From the IMG/VR virus record IMGVR_UViG_3300033149_002206: a DNA stretch of 43,881 nt, one strand, 5' to 3'. Shown here piece after piece: positions 41,238 through 43,881 of the stretch; position 1 is the stretch's first letter; each line of letters opens with the position of its first letter. The DNA is from a virus. A program made the translations under genes and the position numbers. The notes below the pieces were generated by a model. The model searched no databases and was not told the origin of the DNA. It saw nothing but the letters and a program-made list of their open reading frames with translations.

Positions 41238-41849
41238 TTAATGAGTGGGCACAAAACCCAGCATCATACTTTTGTCTTTATATTTTTCGTAAAGCCTTTT
41301 TTTGTCATCCTCATAACTCTGCTGGCCTATTTTGTATATCTCGTCTAATGGCTCTTTGGTTTTAAGTGGATGGCGATGGTCGAAGGCGATATTGAAACAT
41401 TTAACCATTTGACCCGCTTGAGATGCGCTAATAAATAAATCGGTATCACAAAAATTATGCCTGAACCGCTCATCGAAAATAGTACCATTAAACCATTTGC
41501 GGGTAATTACAGGATGAGTAGGTTGTGAATTAAATAAGCCATCACGTACCCACAAAACTTTACCCTGATATAAATCAATCATCGCAGGCAATTCAGATAT
41601 GTCGTCAGGATACAAATCATCAGCACCACAAATGTATCCATCCCAGTCAGTTTGATTAGCAAGAAAATTCTGCAAAACAGGAAACGGCTTCATCTCGCCA
41701 GTATAAAGATGGTCGGCGTCTAAAGTACCGTTCCAAGAATATACTAATGTCTCTATATTACCGTTAAGCTTCGCTCCTGCGTTGCGCCAAGCAGCGATTG
41801 TATCAATCGCTTTCTTTCTGCCCGTTGGTATTCCTATTGCTATCTTCAA
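41238..41849 (-). CDS. Glycosyltransferase-like protein (GT-A type, second of a pair)
   Basis: TTG start with SD GAGGAAG. N-terminal KIAIGIPTGRK, ICGADDLYPDD (DxD-like), and FDHRHP. Confidence 0.45.
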   Translation of the reverse strand: MKIAIGIPTGRKKAIDTIAAWRNAGAKLNGNIETLVYSWNGTLDADHLYTGEMKPFPVLQNFLANQTDWDGYICGADDLYPDDISELPAMIDLYQGKVLWVRDGLFNSQPTHPVITRKWFNGTIFDERFRHNFCDTDLFISASQAGQMVKCFNIAFDHRHPLKTKEPLDEIYKIGQQSYEDDKKRLYEKYKDKSMMLGFVPTH

Positions 41850-42522
41850 TCTGCTTCCTCACTATCATAAAATAGTCAAGCAAATCTACTTGATTAAAGT
41901 GATGACATTTGACATCGGGGCAAGCTACAACCTTGTATCCCTTTTCGAGTGTTTTCCTTATAAAATATACATCCTCGCCCGTCTTTACACCCTTGCCTTT
42001 GTTCTTAAAGGCTTCCTGATATTCAGTTTGGAACCAGGGATAGCCTATGTCAACAAGAACCTCTCGCCTGATTAACAGACATCCTGCACCAGCACTGCTA
42101 ACCTCAAAAGGCTCTTCGGGTAATGGTGTGGTCATTGGTATCCAAGAGGCCTTGTTATCAATCTGGACATTCCATACAGCCCTTTTATCAGCATAAATAG
42201 GACACAGCCCCACCGCAACATCAGCCCCCACTTGCAAGAGCAAAGCCAATGCATTAGCAGGCGGGGCTATATCCGAGTCAAGGAAGAACGTATGAGTCCA
42301 GCAAGGGTCTCTGTGAAAGTGATGCTCCAGCAGCGAATTCCGTGATAATTCGGCGCTTGCGGTATTTGTGTAACCCCAAACGACCGATGGATATTGGTTT
42401 AAGGTAGCACAAAACCGAGCTGTTTCTGCGTGGAGCAGTGCATTCTTTGCTAATGGAGTAGCAATAAATACATTTGGACTTTCCACTTTTGGTAATTTGC
42501 TAAACTCAGACATTTTTTCCAT
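41803..42522 (-). CDS. Family-2-like glycosyltransferase (GT-A fold)
   Basis: VFIATP..., FFLDSDI (DxD), GAGCLLIRREVL, GEDVYFIRKTLEKGYKV. An alternative start at 42513 has a better SD. Confidence 0.65.
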   Translation of the reverse strand: MEKMSEFSKLPKVESPNVFIATPLAKNALLHAETARFCATLNQYPSVVWGYTNTASAELSRNSLLEHHFHRDPCWTHTFFLDSDIAPPANALALLLQVGADVAVGLCPIYADKRAVWNVQIDNKASWIPMTTPLPEEPFEVSSAGAGCLLIRREVLVDIGYPWFQTEYQEAFKNKGKGVKTGEDVYFIRKTLEKGYKVVACPDVKCHHFNQVDLLDYFMIVRKQIEDSNRNTNGQKESD

Positions 42523-42550
42523 CCTTGTGTTTTTTATGCTGTCAGGTTAA

Positions 42551-42997
42551 TTAACCGCCCTGCACATACAGGACTGTCGTAGTAATACTGTCGCTTGAAA
42601 CAATCGCTGCGTCCGCAGTTGTAATGTAAACGTCTTGGTCTTGAGTAGTCGGCGAAGCAGCAACAGTTGCAGCGGGGCCAGTAATCTTACTGCCCGCAGC
42701 CGTAAATGTCGTGAAATCGCCAAGGGCGTCTACATCACCAGACCAACCTATCGTTCCAGACCAACTCATCGCCGCTGGGGAAGAGATTACGCAAGCAAGC
42801 GGTATCGAATTCTTGGGTAGTTTACCTACATAAATAACCGAACCAGCAGTGCCAGTATCAGTTGCACCAGCAGTAAAAGTGTCGGTAATCGCTTTTACAT
42901 TACCGCCCCATTCAGTTGCAGCTACGAAAGAAGCAACAGCAGGAGTATTATCTACAACGGTATAATTTGCACCGTAATATGAACTTGTAGTAGCCAT
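42551..42997 (-). CDS. Thr/Ser/Ala-rich small structural protein immediately after the capsid gene (decoration-type candidate)
   Basis: 148 aa, SD GGAGGTG. Beta-rich, low-complexity T/S/A composition. Confidence 0.45.
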   Translation of the reverse strand: MATTSSYYGANYTVVDNTPAVASFVAATEWGGNVKAITDTFTAGATDTGTAGSVIYVGKLPKNSIPLACVISSPAAMSWSGTIGWSGDVDALGDFTTFTAAGSKITGPAATVAASPTTQDQDVYITTADAAIVSSDSITTTVLYVQGG

Positions 42998-43010
42998 TTA
43001 ATTCACCTCC

Positions 43011-43881
43011 TTATATGCATTCAATGCACAAAACTTTGCTTTCGTCCATACGGATAGCATTCATTCCGACACGTGCCGAAATCTGCCATATCTGCTTGCG
43101 GGGCAGCCAGTCAACGTTGAAAATAGGGGATTCGTGGCGTGCAAACAACATACCATCTTTTACCCAGACAGGACACCTGTAAACATTGGTGTCGCTGTCC
43201 ATATCGTTGCTTGAACCAACAGCAATCTGGTTGGTTTGTACAAACCTGAATCCCATATACTCATTAACCACACCTGCTACCAGCGAACGAATGATATTGG
43301 TGTCAATGGACTGGGTTTCAGCTTCACGAAGAAGGTCTGACATCTGCTTAGGGTTGCAGGCAATATAAAACATATCATCGGGGTCATTATAGAGAGTAAT
43401 CAATGCCTGACGGGCAAGAATTAACTTCTCAATAGTCAAACCCGAAGATGTACCGCCAACAGAATAATCACTCTGAACATCGTGAACAATTACTCTACCA
43501 TCGTTAGAACCAAAGACCTGCGTAAGGTCAATGGTGTAAGTGTTATCGCCAGGATTCTTACCGCCACTAACGTCAGCAAAAAACGCAGATGTAATAACGG
43601 TATTTTCCTTTCGGATAACACCTTTTGCCAGAGCTTGTATATAGTCGCTGGTCGGGTCGGTATGAAGGGCAATATCATCCTCTTTGTCAACGAAGATACC
43701 CTTCCTTGCCCATTTCGGTGTAATCCACCGACGGTTGTGAGTCATATCCTCAACGGGAATATCCTCAAATCTGGTCGTTTTGTCATCGAGCTCGATAGTA
43801 CCGAGGAAGTCGTAAGACTCATTCTCGCCTTCTATCCGCTCTTCTCTAACAAGGCCTTGATATAGAGGTTTCTTCTCCTGG
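43011..43881 (-). CDS. Major capsid protein (HK97 fold, T7 gp10-like), C-terminal 290 codons; 5' end continues at 1..203
   Basis: The frame is open to the window end. FYIACNPKQMSDLL and VNEYMGFRFVQTNQI parallel T7 gp10 VFYCDPDSYSAIL and IRNVMGFEVVEVPHL. The full protein is 319 aa. Confidence 0.8.
   Translation of the reverse strand, partial: QEKKPLYQGLVREERIEGENESYDFLGTIELDDKTTRFEDIPVEDMTHNRRWITPKWARKGIFVDKEDDIALHTDPTSDYIQALAKGVIRKENTVITSAFFADVSGGKNPGDNTYTIDLTQVFGSNDGRVIVHDVQSDYSVGGTSSGLTIEKLILARQALITLYNDPDDMFYIACNPKQMSDLLREAETQSIDTNIIRSLVAGVVNEYMGFRFVQTNQIAVGSSNDMDSDTNVYRCPVWVKDGMLFARHESPIFNVDWLPRKQIWQISARVGMNAIRMDESKVLCIECI
43768..43881. repeat. Terminal overlap, copy 2 (identical to 1..114)
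   Basis: Exact identity with the window start. Confidence 0.9.

Noticed and set aside
1-43881. tRNA genes, CRISPR arrays, integrase/attP, DGR or retron reverse transcriptase
   Set aside because: I found no T-loop consensus (GGTTCGAATCC-like) in a tRNA context and no regularly spaced repeat array. No ORF shows tyrosine/serine recombinase or RT (YxDD) motifs.

Overview
The window is a complete, circularly closed dsDNA phage genome of about 43,767 bp. Bases 1-114 are repeated exactly at 43768-43881, inside the major capsid ORF, so this is an assembly overlap rather than a physical end.

Layout: one long minus-strand late operon runs from 8615 down through the junction to about 26367. It encodes TerS, a wHTH protein, GpA-type TerL, small proteins, the portal, scaffold and HK97-fold capsid, two glycosyltransferases, an adaptor, a T7 gp12-like nozzle, a GNAT-like protein, three internal virion proteins (one of 1624 aa), a tail fiber and small lysis-candidate ORFs. 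This is a T7-like podovirus order, but there is no phage RNA polymerase. A plus-strand early/middle arm (8.8-26.4 kb) carries many small ORFs and a lambdoid-style recombination set: PD-(D/E)XK nuclease, Erf, NinB-like, SSB, NinG/Rap-like and a DnaQ-like exonuclease. It also carries a truncated DnaN (beta-clamp)-like protein, nucleotide-catabolism candidates and membrane proteins.

I could not recognise any tRNA, CRISPR array, integrase, DNA polymerase, primase/helicase or endolysin.

Most unusual observations:
1. A 1.5-kb gene-poor control region (11.6-13.1 kb). It holds phased TAGCA/A-tract repeats and a self-contained promoter-to-terminator unit specifying a GC-rich, heavily base-paired ~340-nt RNA with mutually exclusive helices.
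2. Two glycosyltransferases directly after the capsid gene.
3. A 13-mer, AGCGRAGCTTAAC, present five times and always on the transcribed strand.
4. A beta-clamp fragment homolog.
5. A recent tandem duplication of a two-gene cassette.

All functional calls rest on motif recognition by eye and need profile searches.
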